NCBI GenBank assembly: GCA_045568075.1
Contig: JBJLBP010000001.1
Coordinates: 1,170,001-1,202,000, forward strand
DNA length: 32,000 nucleotides
Direction: 5' to 3'
DNA from: Candidatus Thalassarchaeaceae archaeon
Lineage (GTDB): Archaea > Thermoplasmatota > Poseidoniia > Poseidoniales > Thalassarchaeaceae
Shown here: positions 21,166 through 29,012 of the stretch, piece by piece
Numbering within the stretch: position 1 is the stretch's first letter
How the letters are laid out: every line of letters begins with the position of its first letter
Made by a program: the position numbers and the translations under genes
Notes under the pieces: model-generated
Database searches by the model: none
The model's input: only the letters and a program-made list of their open reading frames with translations
Told to the model about the DNA's origin: nothing

Positions 21166-24108
21166 TCAGATGAGTTCGATGTCATCATCATCGTAAACCA
21201 TCTCATCTGGCTCTTCTTCCTCAGTCACGGGAGCAGGAATATCTTCGCCCATATCCTCTTCCTCATCCTCTTCGTCCTCATCTTTCATCGCATCAAGAAG
21301 CGCGAGGTGAGCTGCCCATTTCCTACGGTTCATCCTGCTCTGAATCCCTCCGAATACTAGCAGGATGGCAACTACCATGACGATGAGAGTCGAAGCCCGA
21401 GGGTTGGTAATTTCATTCACTAAACGATCGAAGATGGCATCAATCCCGACGACCAATGTGACCTTCTCCTCAGCGGTGAAATCCTCTGGCCAACTCTGAT
21501 CTGTATCGTGAGGCTCTGCAGTCACAGTAACTACTACCTGATCGCCGTTATTGGCTGTGGCTGGAACCGAGACTTCGAGGTGGAAAGTGACTTCTTCGAA
21601 AGCATCGAGTTCGATCAGTCGAGAGCCAGTTGGACCACCGATATCGACTGTCCATCCGGTGGCTCCGACAGCCTCAGCATCAAGGAGCACGATTAGAGGA
21701 CTGTTGCCTTTGTTGCGGACCTTGAGTTGAAAGTCGTAATCTTCGCCCGGTGCTAGCTTCCTATTCGAAGTGACTTGGACAATCTCAAGGTCCGGTTCGT
21801 CGGCATCGACTTCGAAGACCATCGGGAGATCGAAGTAACGTGGATTGGAATCTGAGGTCTCCTCAATTATTCGAAGATATACTGTGTGATTGCCGACGAC
21901 GACTTGATTGGTGAGAGTGACAACGACGAAGATTTCAGTATAATCTCCTGGCCCCAGAGATACCGTAGGCAGGGCTGAGCCGTTCTCATCGAGAATACGA
22001 TAATTCCACTGCCCATAGGCTGCGTTTCGGTCAGTATTCTCTGCGAGGCTGGCAGGATTTACGATCCGCCATTGTGAGGCTGATGCACCGCTGGTCATAC
22101 TATTGGTTATACGCGCGCGGAGGTTGACTTCTGGGTCGGAGAGTGATGAACATAGCGAGACCTGAATGTGACCCAGTGGCGTGCCATCACAGTCCTGCGA
22201 GACCTCTGCGCGGATTCCAAAGGTACGCTGAATCGTGAACTCAACTATAGTCCGCAGCGAGGCGTTTCCAGAACTAATAACCTCAAGCTCAATCATTCCG
22301 ATATCAGGGTCTTCTCGGTCAGCAGATGGTTTGACATTGAAGCGAAGAACCTGAGTTGAATGGCGTTCGAGAGGAGGTATATGGAATGTACCATCTCCGT
22401 CATTTTCGAGGATTCTCTCGCCAGTGTCATTATCGTAAATTTGGACGATGGCCTTTGAGCGTTTGAGGACGTCAACACGGAACGTATCTGTGTCAAATCC
22501 AGTATTGAAAATCTCAAGCAAGAAAGTGGTGAATTGATTGTCCTCGACATATCTAGGGATTGTCGAGTCAATGTCACCTGGACGGCTAGAGTTTGCGATT
22601 GGAATTTCGTGGTCCTCATCCCACACTGATACGTCAGGTGGTTGGAAAACTTCGAGCTTCTCCAAATCGAGAGAGAGCAGGTCTTGGTGAACCACAGTTT
22701 GCACTCCTTCGATGGTCGCTTCTGCAACCGCCCTGATCTCGATTCTGTCAGGAGCCCCTGTCAGATCATCTGGGGCGGTAATGGTTAGAATCGGATTGAG
22801 AATATCTCCGCCAGAATTCAGAGTGTAGCCTCCGGGGGAATCAAACTCCACCAACCAAGCGCTACCGAGATTGGTAAGTAACTCCAGTTCAACGGTCATA
22901 GATTTGGTGGAGTCTCCGCGGTGGACGAGTTGCAGCGGCACCGGAGTCGTCTCTCCAGGAGCCGCATACTCTACGGTTCGGTCCTCACGGTGATTGATTG
23001 CGACTCCCCATTGCTTCATCTCAACAGGATCGTGCTCGACGAGGAAGGCATTACCCTGCACGTCGGTGATTTCGAGTTCAACACTATACTCGCCAGATGG
23101 CAATCCGCTGGGATATGTCCACGTGTATGCACCAAATATCCCTTGACTAGTGTCGCGAATACCATCGTCGTCAGAAGAAACTTCGTGGTCAACGCGATAA
23201 TTACCATTGGGATCGCGCATCAAAAGGCGAACAGAATCCATGTCTTCACGCCCAAAGGCACTCTTGACATCGAAGGAGAATTGCATAGTTCGGTCCGACA
23301 GAACATCGTTTGGATACCATTCAAGTTCGGCACCATCTGCTAATTCAGCACCATCGCGTTGCAAGATGACTTCGCTATCGGCTATAGCATTGGATTCAAC
23401 TTCCAACTGAGAGTAACGATTGCTCTCTCCATCGATTTCATTCCATGCAATCTCAGCTTCACAACTGCTTCCGAAAGGACCACCGCTGCTCTCGCAACCG
23501 GTCATTTCTGCAGAAATCTCAATAGTAAATTCTTCTCCATCATCAACCTCGAAACCTTGCTCATCATCGTCGAGGATGACCTCAAAGAGTTCATGGTCAA
23601 AATTACATGAATTCGTGAGGCCGGGATTACATGCATCGGCCTCCCATGATTCGGAACCTACTGTGCCACCGTTGGCACTCACAGTAATGTCCCATGTGAC
23701 CTGTGAGTTACTCGGACCCTGTGCACGGAGGAAAAGTTGCACTGGAATGTAGAATTGACCTGAGGAAGAACCGTGCTTGGGGCGACCATTGATCATCAGC
23801 GTACTCATGAGGTCGCCGGTGCTGAATTCGATAGTCGAATCTAGGGCGCTCGCAGTCGATTGGCCACCAGATTCAGGAACACGTGTTGTGATGTGACCAT
23901 CACCTCCAGAGGAGGAGTTGGCTTCGGCCAAATAGAGAGTGTAGAGTTTGAGTTCAATTTCATCTGAGGCCTGCGATTTGGAAACATCGGCTAGAGTGTC
24001 TGTAGGGGCCGTAACCCCAGCCAGGGGGGCCGCCAACATGAGCAAGGCGAGAAACATCGCAGTTCGGGCGATACCGAGCCCGCGAATCGCCTTGCTGCTC
24101 GCAATCAT
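21166..24108 (-). CDS. 980-aa type-I membrane surface protein with a signal peptide, multiple beta-sandwich (NEW3/CARDB/COG1470-like) domains, a TM helix and a poly-acidic cytosolic tail
   Basis: Signal peptide RGLGIARTAMFLALLMLAAPLAGV. NEW3/CARDB-like LAPGEDYDFQLKVRNKGNSPLIVLLDAEAVGATGWTVDIGG...VTFHLEVSVPATANNGDQVVVTVTAEP. TM STLIVMVVAILLVFGGI followed by RMNRRKW. Tail DEDEEDEEEDMGED...DDDDIELI. The gene lies 75 nt upstream of the giant gene on the same strand. Confidence 0.85.
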   Translation of the reverse strand: MIASSKAIRGLGIARTAMFLALLMLAAPLAGVTAPTDTLADVSKSQASDEIELKLYTLYLAEANSSSGGDGHITTRVPESGGQSTASALDSTIEFSTGDLMSTLMINGRPKHGSSSGQFYIPVQLFLRAQGPSNSQVTWDITVSANGGTVGSESWEADACNPGLTNSCNFDHELFEVILDDDEQGFEVDDGEEFTIEISAEMTGCESSGGPFGSSCEAEIAWNEIDGESNRYSQLEVESNAIADSEVILQRDGAELADGAELEWYPNDVLSDRTMQFSFDVKSAFGREDMDSVRLLMRDPNGNYRVDHEVSSDDDGIRDTSQGIFGAYTWTYPSGLPSGEYSVELEITDVQGNAFLVEHDPVEMKQWGVAINHREDRTVEYAAPGETTPVPLQLVHRGDSTKSMTVELELLTNLGSAWLVEFDSPGGYTLNSGGDILNPILTITAPDDLTGAPDRIEIRAVAEATIEGVQTVVHQDLLSLDLEKLEVFQPPDVSVWDEDHEIPIANSSRPGDIDSTIPRYVEDNQFTTFLLEIFNTGFDTDTFRVDVLKRSKAIVQIYDNDTGERILENDGDGTFHIPPLERHSTQVLRFNVKPSADREDPDIGMIELEVISSGNASLRTIVEFTIQRTFGIRAEVSQDCDGTPLGHIQVSLCSSLSDPEVNLRARITNSMTSGASASQWRIVNPASLAENTDRNAAYGQWNYRILDENGSALPTVSLGPGDYTEIFVVVTLTNQVVVGNHTVYLRIIEETSDSNPRYFDLPMVFEVDADEPDLEIVQVTSNRKLAPGEDYDFQLKVRNKGNSPLIVLLDAEAVGATGWTVDIGGPTGSRLIELDAFEEVTFHLEVSVPATANNGDQVVVTVTAEPHDTDQSWPEDFTAEEKVTLVVGIDAIFDRLVNEITNPRASTLIVMVVAILLVFGGIQSRMNRRKWAAHLALLDAMKDEDEEDEEEDMGEDIPAPVTEEEEPDEMVYDDDDIELI

Positions 24109-24130
24109 CGCCCTTCGGCTCTCAGCGGGG

Positions 24131-24138
24131 TGTTAAAG
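24131..24138 (-). promoter_or_regulatory. Weak TATA-like element (CTTTAACA) about 27 nt upstream of ATG 24108; would imply a leaderless or near-leaderless transcript for the surface locus
   Basis: The minus strand reads CGCTTTAACACCCCGCTGAGAGCCGAAGGGCG-ATG. The call rests only on position and A/T content. Confidence 0.25.
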
Positions 24139-24241
24139 CGTTCGTGAGGTCCGAGCCACCAATGCATCGTTTTCACCACGCCCCCAAAAGGGGGCGTTGC
24201 GTGCCGCTCGTTTCAAGTCCAATGGCTTTGCCAGCAGACTT

Positions 24242-24327
24242 GCAGGGATACCCGAGTTGGTCAAAGGGGCCGGACTTAAGCTCCGGTGCATAGTGCTTCG
24301 CAGGTTCAAATCCTGCTCCCTGCACCA
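24242..24327 (+). tRNA. tRNA-Leu(UAA): tRNA-Leu (anticodon UAA), class II with a long variable arm and genomically encoded CCA
   Basis: Acceptor GCAGGGA/TCCCTGC. Anticodon stem CCGGA/TCCGG with loop CT-TAA-GC. Variable arm TGCATAGTGCTTC. T-arm GCAGG-TTCAAAT-CCTGC. Discriminator A followed by CCA. Confidence 0.9.
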
Positions 24328-24729
24328 TTACTTCAGACGCGTCATCGAGCATCCCAATTGCCCATCACCTTCGAGCACATCGAGCTTCGTTAGAATCACA
24401 CTCGCACCTTCAGCTGAGTTTGGTTCGAGGACCCTGTCTAGTAGCCGATTCGCCAGTGTCTCCAGCAGAGCTGCTCGATTCATCTGCAGAGTTTCGTCGA
24501 GCGCGGAAATCAGATATTCATAATTGAGAACTTCACCGATCTCATCCGCGCTCGGTTCTGATACTCCAGACAGCATCACATAGATGTCAAATCGTAATCG
24601 CTGAGGAGCACCCAATTCGTGGTCATGCACGCCAATATCGACCTCGCGCACGACGTTTTCGAGGAATAGCGTCGTCACTCCTTGAGTCTGTGCCATGAGT
24701 TGCATCAATGCCTCCGAATGCCCACTCAT
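24328..24729 (-). CDS. folB: Dihydroneopterin aldolase family protein (FolB-like)
   Basis: TLFLENVVREVDIGVHDHELGAPQRLRFDIYVML aligns with the FolB IGVYDWE..Q.L.FDI motif. VLNYEYL and VILTKLD (the conserved Lys position) are also present. The ATG overlaps the upstream SDR stop as ATGA. Confidence 0.78.
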   Translation of the reverse strand: MSGHSEALMQLMAQTQGVTTLFLENVVREVDIGVHDHELGAPQRLRFDIYVMLSGVSEPSADEIGEVLNYEYLISALDETLQMNRAALLETLANRLLDRVLEPNSAEGASVILTKLDVLEGDGQLGCSMTRLK

Positions 24730-25514
24730 ACTCCATCCTCCGTCTCAAAAAGAACATCACGACTTCGGGCGAGGAACCTCTCCCCTGAATCAACGAAAAG
24801 CACCTGGCCAGTAACTGCCCGTGCGCCGATGAGATAGCCGACCGCTTCTGCAATGTCATTGGGCTCCGGGCCGAATCCAAGCGGACTCTCTGATTGAGCC
24901 CGCTCGAACCCTTCTGCAGTCTGATCTGGACTCCCAAGGGTGTGCCCTGGAGCGACGGCATTGACGCGCAGGCGAGGGGCTAATCCACGGGCGAGGGCGT
25001 CGGTCAATCCGAGTAAAGCGTAGCGCGAAGCAGTGTAAGACAGATGGTCTGGACTAGGTGCAGCGATTTTCTGGTCGAGAATGTTTACCACAGAAGCGGT
25101 GGCTGATTCTGATGCTTTTGCATTAGAATTTGGTAATTGTTTGAGTAGCGCGCGCGTGAGCAACATCGGTGCGCGCGCATTGACATCCATATGAGAGTCC
25201 CACGAATCAGAGTCAACACTCTCAATATCATCAAATTCGAAGCGAGAAGCATTGTTGACTAAGTGAGAAATCGGACCAATCTTTGATGATGCTTCAGAGA
25301 TAATGTTCGAGACTTCGTCGGTATTTCTCAGATCGCCACGAACGGTACAAGCCTCGACTCCCATCCCGCGTAGTCGCTCGACTAGATCCTCGGCGGACTT
25401 GGCCGACGAATTGTGGTGAACTGCCACCGAGTACCCTTTTTCTGCTAGGTGAAGGCAGATAGCGGCTCCGATTCTCTTTGCACCTCCGGTCACTAGTGCT
25501 GCACTGCGAGCCAT
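24726..25514 (-). CDS. Short-chain dehydrogenase/reductase, pteridine reductase (PTR1/FolM)-like
   Basis: ALVTGGAKRIGAAICLHLAEKGYSVAVHHNSS closely resembles the PTR1 N-terminus. NNAS is present. Asp in ILDQ sits 13 residues before Tyr, as with the PTR1 Asp/Tyr pair. The active-site motif reads YTASR. ATG 25514 was chosen because the ORF-track extension to 25736 runs into the lipA upstream region. Confidence 0.85.
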   Translation of the reverse strand: MARSAALVTGGAKRIGAAICLHLAEKGYSVAVHHNSSAKSAEDLVERLRGMGVEACTVRGDLRNTDEVSNIISEASSKIGPISHLVNNASRFEFDDIESVDSDSWDSHMDVNARAPMLLTRALLKQLPNSNAKASESATASVVNILDQKIAAPSPDHLSYTASRYALLGLTDALARGLAPRLRVNAVAPGHTLGSPDQTAEGFERAQSESPLGFGPEPNDIAEAVGYLIGARAVTGQVLFVDSGERFLARSRDVLFETEDGV

Positions 25515-25687
25515 CGACTCTTCCGAGGCTCCTCTCGTATTTTGCACCTCGTTCCGAACCACCTCATGTGTAGGTTCGAGGCGAACGATTAACGCCGTAT
25601 GTCCGCTCCTCGGCTTCAATGAGTGTGCGGCTGCCACAGACTGATGCTGCTGAAGTCTCAGCCGGAGGCTGTGGTGGGGCGGCTCGG

Positions 25688-26731
25688 ATGAGTGCAGAGG
25701 AGCGCCGCAAGTCTGAGCGGAAGCGACTTCCTCCATGGTTCAGAACCACACTTCCAACTGGTTCCGCTCAGGCAAGATTCAACGATACCAAGTCAAACGT
25801 GCATGAACATGGATTGAACACGGTTTGTGAGGAGGCTCGTTGCCCAAATATCCACGATTGTTGGGGGCGAGGGACTGCGACATTCATGATCGCTGGAGAA
25901 GTCTGCACTCGTGGCTGCCGCTTCTGTGCAGTCGGTACCCAGAAAACACCTCCTCCACTGAATCCGAATGAGCCGAGTGAATTGGCGGAAGCTGTTGACC
26001 GCATGGGCGTCAGCCATGCGGTCATCACCGTCGTCAACAGAGATGACCTTCCCGATGGCGGAGCAGATCATTATCGCAAGTGCATTGAGGCTGTCCGCGA
26101 ACGAAGCCCGGATGTCGGTCTCGAATTACTCTGCTCGGATCTAGACGGAAATCTCGACGCGCTCGCTCACTTACTCGCTGACTTACCTCTGCGAGTATTC
26201 GCTCACAATGTCGAGTGCGTCCCTCGCCTCGATTCAGTAGTTCGCGACCCTCGCGCGTCCTTCGAACAATCCCTTGAAATTCTGCGCGAGGCTAAGCGAC
26301 TACGCCCCGATCTCGTCATCAAATCGAGCATTATGGTCGGTGTAGGCGAAACTGATGAGGAGGTCGTCGAAGCAATGGGACTGCTACGCAAAGCAGGTGT
26401 CGAACTGATTACCCTCGGTCAGTATCTCCAGCCGAGTTGGAAGCATCTAGCAATCGACAGATTCCCAGAACCATCGACCTTTGCTGCTTGGGACAAGACC
26501 GCTCGAGAGATGGGTTACAAAGCCGTCGCGAGCGGTCCACTAGTCCGCTCATCCTACCGAGCAGGCCTTCTCTGGGAGGAAGCGATGGGGGGCGAGCCAG
26601 TCGTAACAAGAGACTCGACAGGGTCGGCGATAAGTCACCTCAATCCCAGTAAGGACCTTCTCACAAGTAAGAGCAAGAGTTTGTTGGCAACCAACGAGGC
26701 ACGGCTGTCATCCGAGCATCAAACGATATGA
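25688..26731 (+). CDS. lipA: Lipoyl synthase (radical SAM)
   Basis: Auxiliary cluster CEEARCPNIHDC (Cx4Cx5C), radical-SAM CTRGCRFC (Cx3Cx2C) and C-terminal RSSY. ATG 25688 is preferred over 25619. About 55 residues lie beyond the RSSY region. Confidence 0.93.
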   Translation: MSAEERRKSERKRLPPWFRTTLPTGSAQARFNDTKSNVHEHGLNTVCEEARCPNIHDCWGRGTATFMIAGEVCTRGCRFCAVGTQKTPPPLNPNEPSELAEAVDRMGVSHAVITVVNRDDLPDGGADHYRKCIEAVRERSPDVGLELLCSDLDGNLDALAHLLADLPLRVFAHNVECVPRLDSVVRDPRASFEQSLEILREAKRLRPDLVIKSSIMVGVGETDEEVVEAMGLLRKAGVELITLGQYLQPSWKHLAIDRFPEPSTFAAWDKTAREMGYKAVASGPLVRSSYRAGLLWEEAMGGEPVVTRDSTGSAISHLNPSKDLLTSKSKSLLATNEARLSSEHQTI

Positions 26732-26741
26732 ACGAGTAGTG

Positions 26742-26750
26742 GGTGAAAGA
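26742..26750 (+). promoter_or_regulatory. Shine-Dalgarno-type element GGTGAAAGA upstream of E1 alpha; the same 9-mer recurs at 30324-30332 before E3
   Basis: GGTGAAAGA-AGC-ATG at 26742-26756, and GGTGAAAGA-ATG at 30324-30335. Confidence 0.5.
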
Positions 26751-26753
26751 AGC

Positions 26754-27998
26754 ATGGCGGCTAAGAAGAAGCAAAAATCCCTGCAGATCCCAACCGCTCC
26801 GTTTCGTCCTGGAGAAGAGGCAAATTTCGATCCATTCATCAATGAACCTGGTGATTTACCTCGCCCGGACCCTATCACTTGTATCGCTGCCGACACCACA
26901 GACTTGGCAAATGGATTAGTCAGAGTTCTCGATTTCAAAGGAAATGCCAGCGGACCATGGGATCCACAACTAACTCCCGATGAACTCCGCCAAGGACTCG
27001 AACACATGGTCCGCATGCGCATCTTCGATGAGCGCATGATGAAGATGCAACGCACAGGTAAGCTGTCATTCTACATGCGTTCACTTGGAGAAGAGGCAGT
27101 CGCCATCGCTCAGACGATGGCGCTCGAAACCCAAGACTGGATTTTCCCCACCTATCGGCAACCAGGTGCCCAGTTCGTCCGTGGACGTGATATGGTGAGC
27201 ATGATTAACCACTGTATCGGCAATGTCGAAGACAACGTGAAAGGACGGCAAATGCCAGTTCACTACACCTACAAAGAGGGACGCTACATCTCTGTATCAA
27301 GCCCTGTTGGAACCCAATTCAGCCAGGCAGTAGGGGTTGCAATGGCCTCTCAGTACAAGGGTTTGGATGAGTGTTGCATAACTTGGATTGGAGATGGTTC
27401 AAGCGCAGAAGGAGATTATCACTACGCCCTCAATTTCGCCTCTGTGTTCAAGCCACCAGTCATCCTCAATATCGTCAACAATCAATGGGCGATCTCAACT
27501 CACAGAAATCTCGCTAGTGGCAGCCCGACATTTGCTGCTCGCGGGCTGGCGTACAATGTTCCTTGTATTCGCGTCGATGGAAATGATTTCCTCGCGCTTT
27601 ATTCAGTCACTAAGTGGGCGCGAGAGCGTGCTGCGGCCGGTGAAGGAGCGACTCATATCGAAGTTCTAACTTACCGCACCGGCGCCCATTCTTCGAGTGA
27701 TGATCCGAGCCGCTACCGACCTAGAGATGAGGCCGAATCTTGGCCAGGCGGAGACCCTGTCGACCGATTGACAGGCCACCTTATCGCCATCGGAGAATGG
27801 TCTGATGAGCAGCAAACTGAGATGGAAGAGAGAATCGATGGAGAAGTCATGGCCGCCTACAAGGAAGCGGTCACTCACGGAGACCTCGCCAACGGCCCGT
27901 ACCCATCTGCTGACACTATCTTCACTGAGGTCTACGAGACCGTCCCTTGGCATCTGCAGGAACAATGGGACGAAATGAAGCGATGGAGTAGTGATTGA
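26754..27998 (+). CDS. 2-oxoacid dehydrogenase E1 component, alpha subunit (TPP-dependent; branched-chain or pyruvate type)
   Basis: TPP motif GDGSSAEGDYHYALNFASVFKPPVILNIVNNQWAIS. Also YRQPGAQFVRG and the C-terminal TYRTGAHSSSDDPSRYR. ATG 26754 has an SD site, whereas the ORF-track GTG 26739 does not. Confidence 0.9.
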   Translation: MAAKKKQKSLQIPTAPFRPGEEANFDPFINEPGDLPRPDPITCIAADTTDLANGLVRVLDFKGNASGPWDPQLTPDELRQGLEHMVRMRIFDERMMKMQRTGKLSFYMRSLGEEAVAIAQTMALETQDWIFPTYRQPGAQFVRGRDMVSMINHCIGNVEDNVKGRQMPVHYTYKEGRYISVSSPVGTQFSQAVGVAMASQYKGLDECCITWIGDGSSAEGDYHYALNFASVFKPPVILNIVNNQWAISTHRNLASGSPTFAARGLAYNVPCIRVDGNDFLALYSVTKWARERAAAGEGATHIEVLTYRTGAHSSSDDPSRYRPRDEAESWPGGDPVDRLTGHLIAIGEWSDEQQTEMEERIDGEVMAAYKEAVTHGDLANGPYPSADTIFTEVYETVPWHLQEQWDEMKRWSSD

Positions 27999-29010
27999 AA
28001 TGGTCGAGATGAACATTGTTGAAGCAGTCAACTCCGCACTCGACAATATGCTTGAGCGTGACGAGAATGTCCTCTTCTTCGGCGAAGACGCTGGATATTT
28101 CGGCGGTGTATTCCGTACATCTGACGGTCTGCAAGAGAAGCACGGAAGTCATCGCGTCTTCGATACGCCACTCTCCGAGGGTGGAATCGCGGCGATAGCT
28201 TTCGGTATGGGAATCAATGGATTACGCCCGGTGGCGGAAATCCAATTCGCCGACTACATATTCCCGGCCTACGACCAGATTGTCAATGAAATTGCCAAGG
28301 TTCGGCACCGCTCCGGCGGCGAATTCTGGTGCCCAATTACTATCCGAACGCCAGCCGGAGGTGGAATCCGCGGAGGCCACCATCACTCGCAAAGCCCAGA
28401 ATCACAATTCACTCACACCTCCGGACTGAAGGTGGTTTACTCATCGACCCCATACAATTCGAAGGGGCTCCTCATAGCCGCAATCGAATCCAACGATCCC
28501 GTCATTGTCTTCGAGCCCAAGCGCTGCTACCGCGGCCCCTTCTATGGCGACCCTCACAATGTCCCCACCTGGAAAGACCACCCAGAAGCGGAGGTTCCGG
28601 AGGCGCATTACACAGTTCCTTTGGGCGAGGCAAGGTTGGCCATGGAGGGCAACGATTGTACTGTCATTTCTTGGGGTGCGATGGTCCACGTTGCCGAGCA
28701 GGCCATCAATGACTGCGGCATCAGCTGCGACCTAATCGATTTACAAACGCTAGTTCCTTGGGACCGAGATGCAATCGTCAATTCAATCGAAAAGACGGGA
28801 AGATGCGTGATTGTTCACGAGGCCCCGAAAACCAGTGGATTCGGTGCCGAGATGGCTGCGAGCGTGCAAGAGCGATGTTTCTACCACCTCGAAGCACCAA
28901 TAGAGAGAGTCACGGGATGGGATACACCATTCCCGCACACAACTGAGTGGGATTACATGCCGAGTCCCGCAAGAATCGCTGACGCGATCAAGAAAGTAAT
29001 GGAGGAATAA
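27991..29010 (+). CDS. 2-oxoacid dehydrogenase E1 component, beta subunit
   Basis: NIVEAVNSALDNMLERDENVLFFGEDAGYFGGVFRTSDGLQEKHGSHRVFDTPLSEGG and HSQSPE. The start may be ATG 28000 or 28009 instead of GTG 27991. Confidence 0.9.
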   Translation: MIEMVEMNIVEAVNSALDNMLERDENVLFFGEDAGYFGGVFRTSDGLQEKHGSHRVFDTPLSEGGIAAIAFGMGINGLRPVAEIQFADYIFPAYDQIVNEIAKVRHRSGGEFWCPITIRTPAGGGIRGGHHHSQSPESQFTHTSGLKVVYSSTPYNSKGLLIAAIESNDPVIVFEPKRCYRGPFYGDPHNVPTWKDHPEAEVPEAHYTVPLGEARLAMEGNDCTVISWGAMVHVAEQAINDCGISCDLIDLQTLVPWDRDAIVNSIEKTGRCVIVHEAPKTSGFGAEMAASVQERCFYHLEAPIERVTGWDTPFPHTTEWDYMPSPARIADAIKKVMEE

Positions 29011-29012
29011 AA

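Noticed and set aside
25515-25736. 74-codon N-terminal extension of the SDR ORF, and the 23-codon extension of lipA starting at 25619
   Set aside because: The two extensions overlap each other on opposite strands and have no homology-like content. The conserved N-termini begin at MARSAALVTGG (25514) and MSAEERRK (25688). The region is better read as a divergent promoter.
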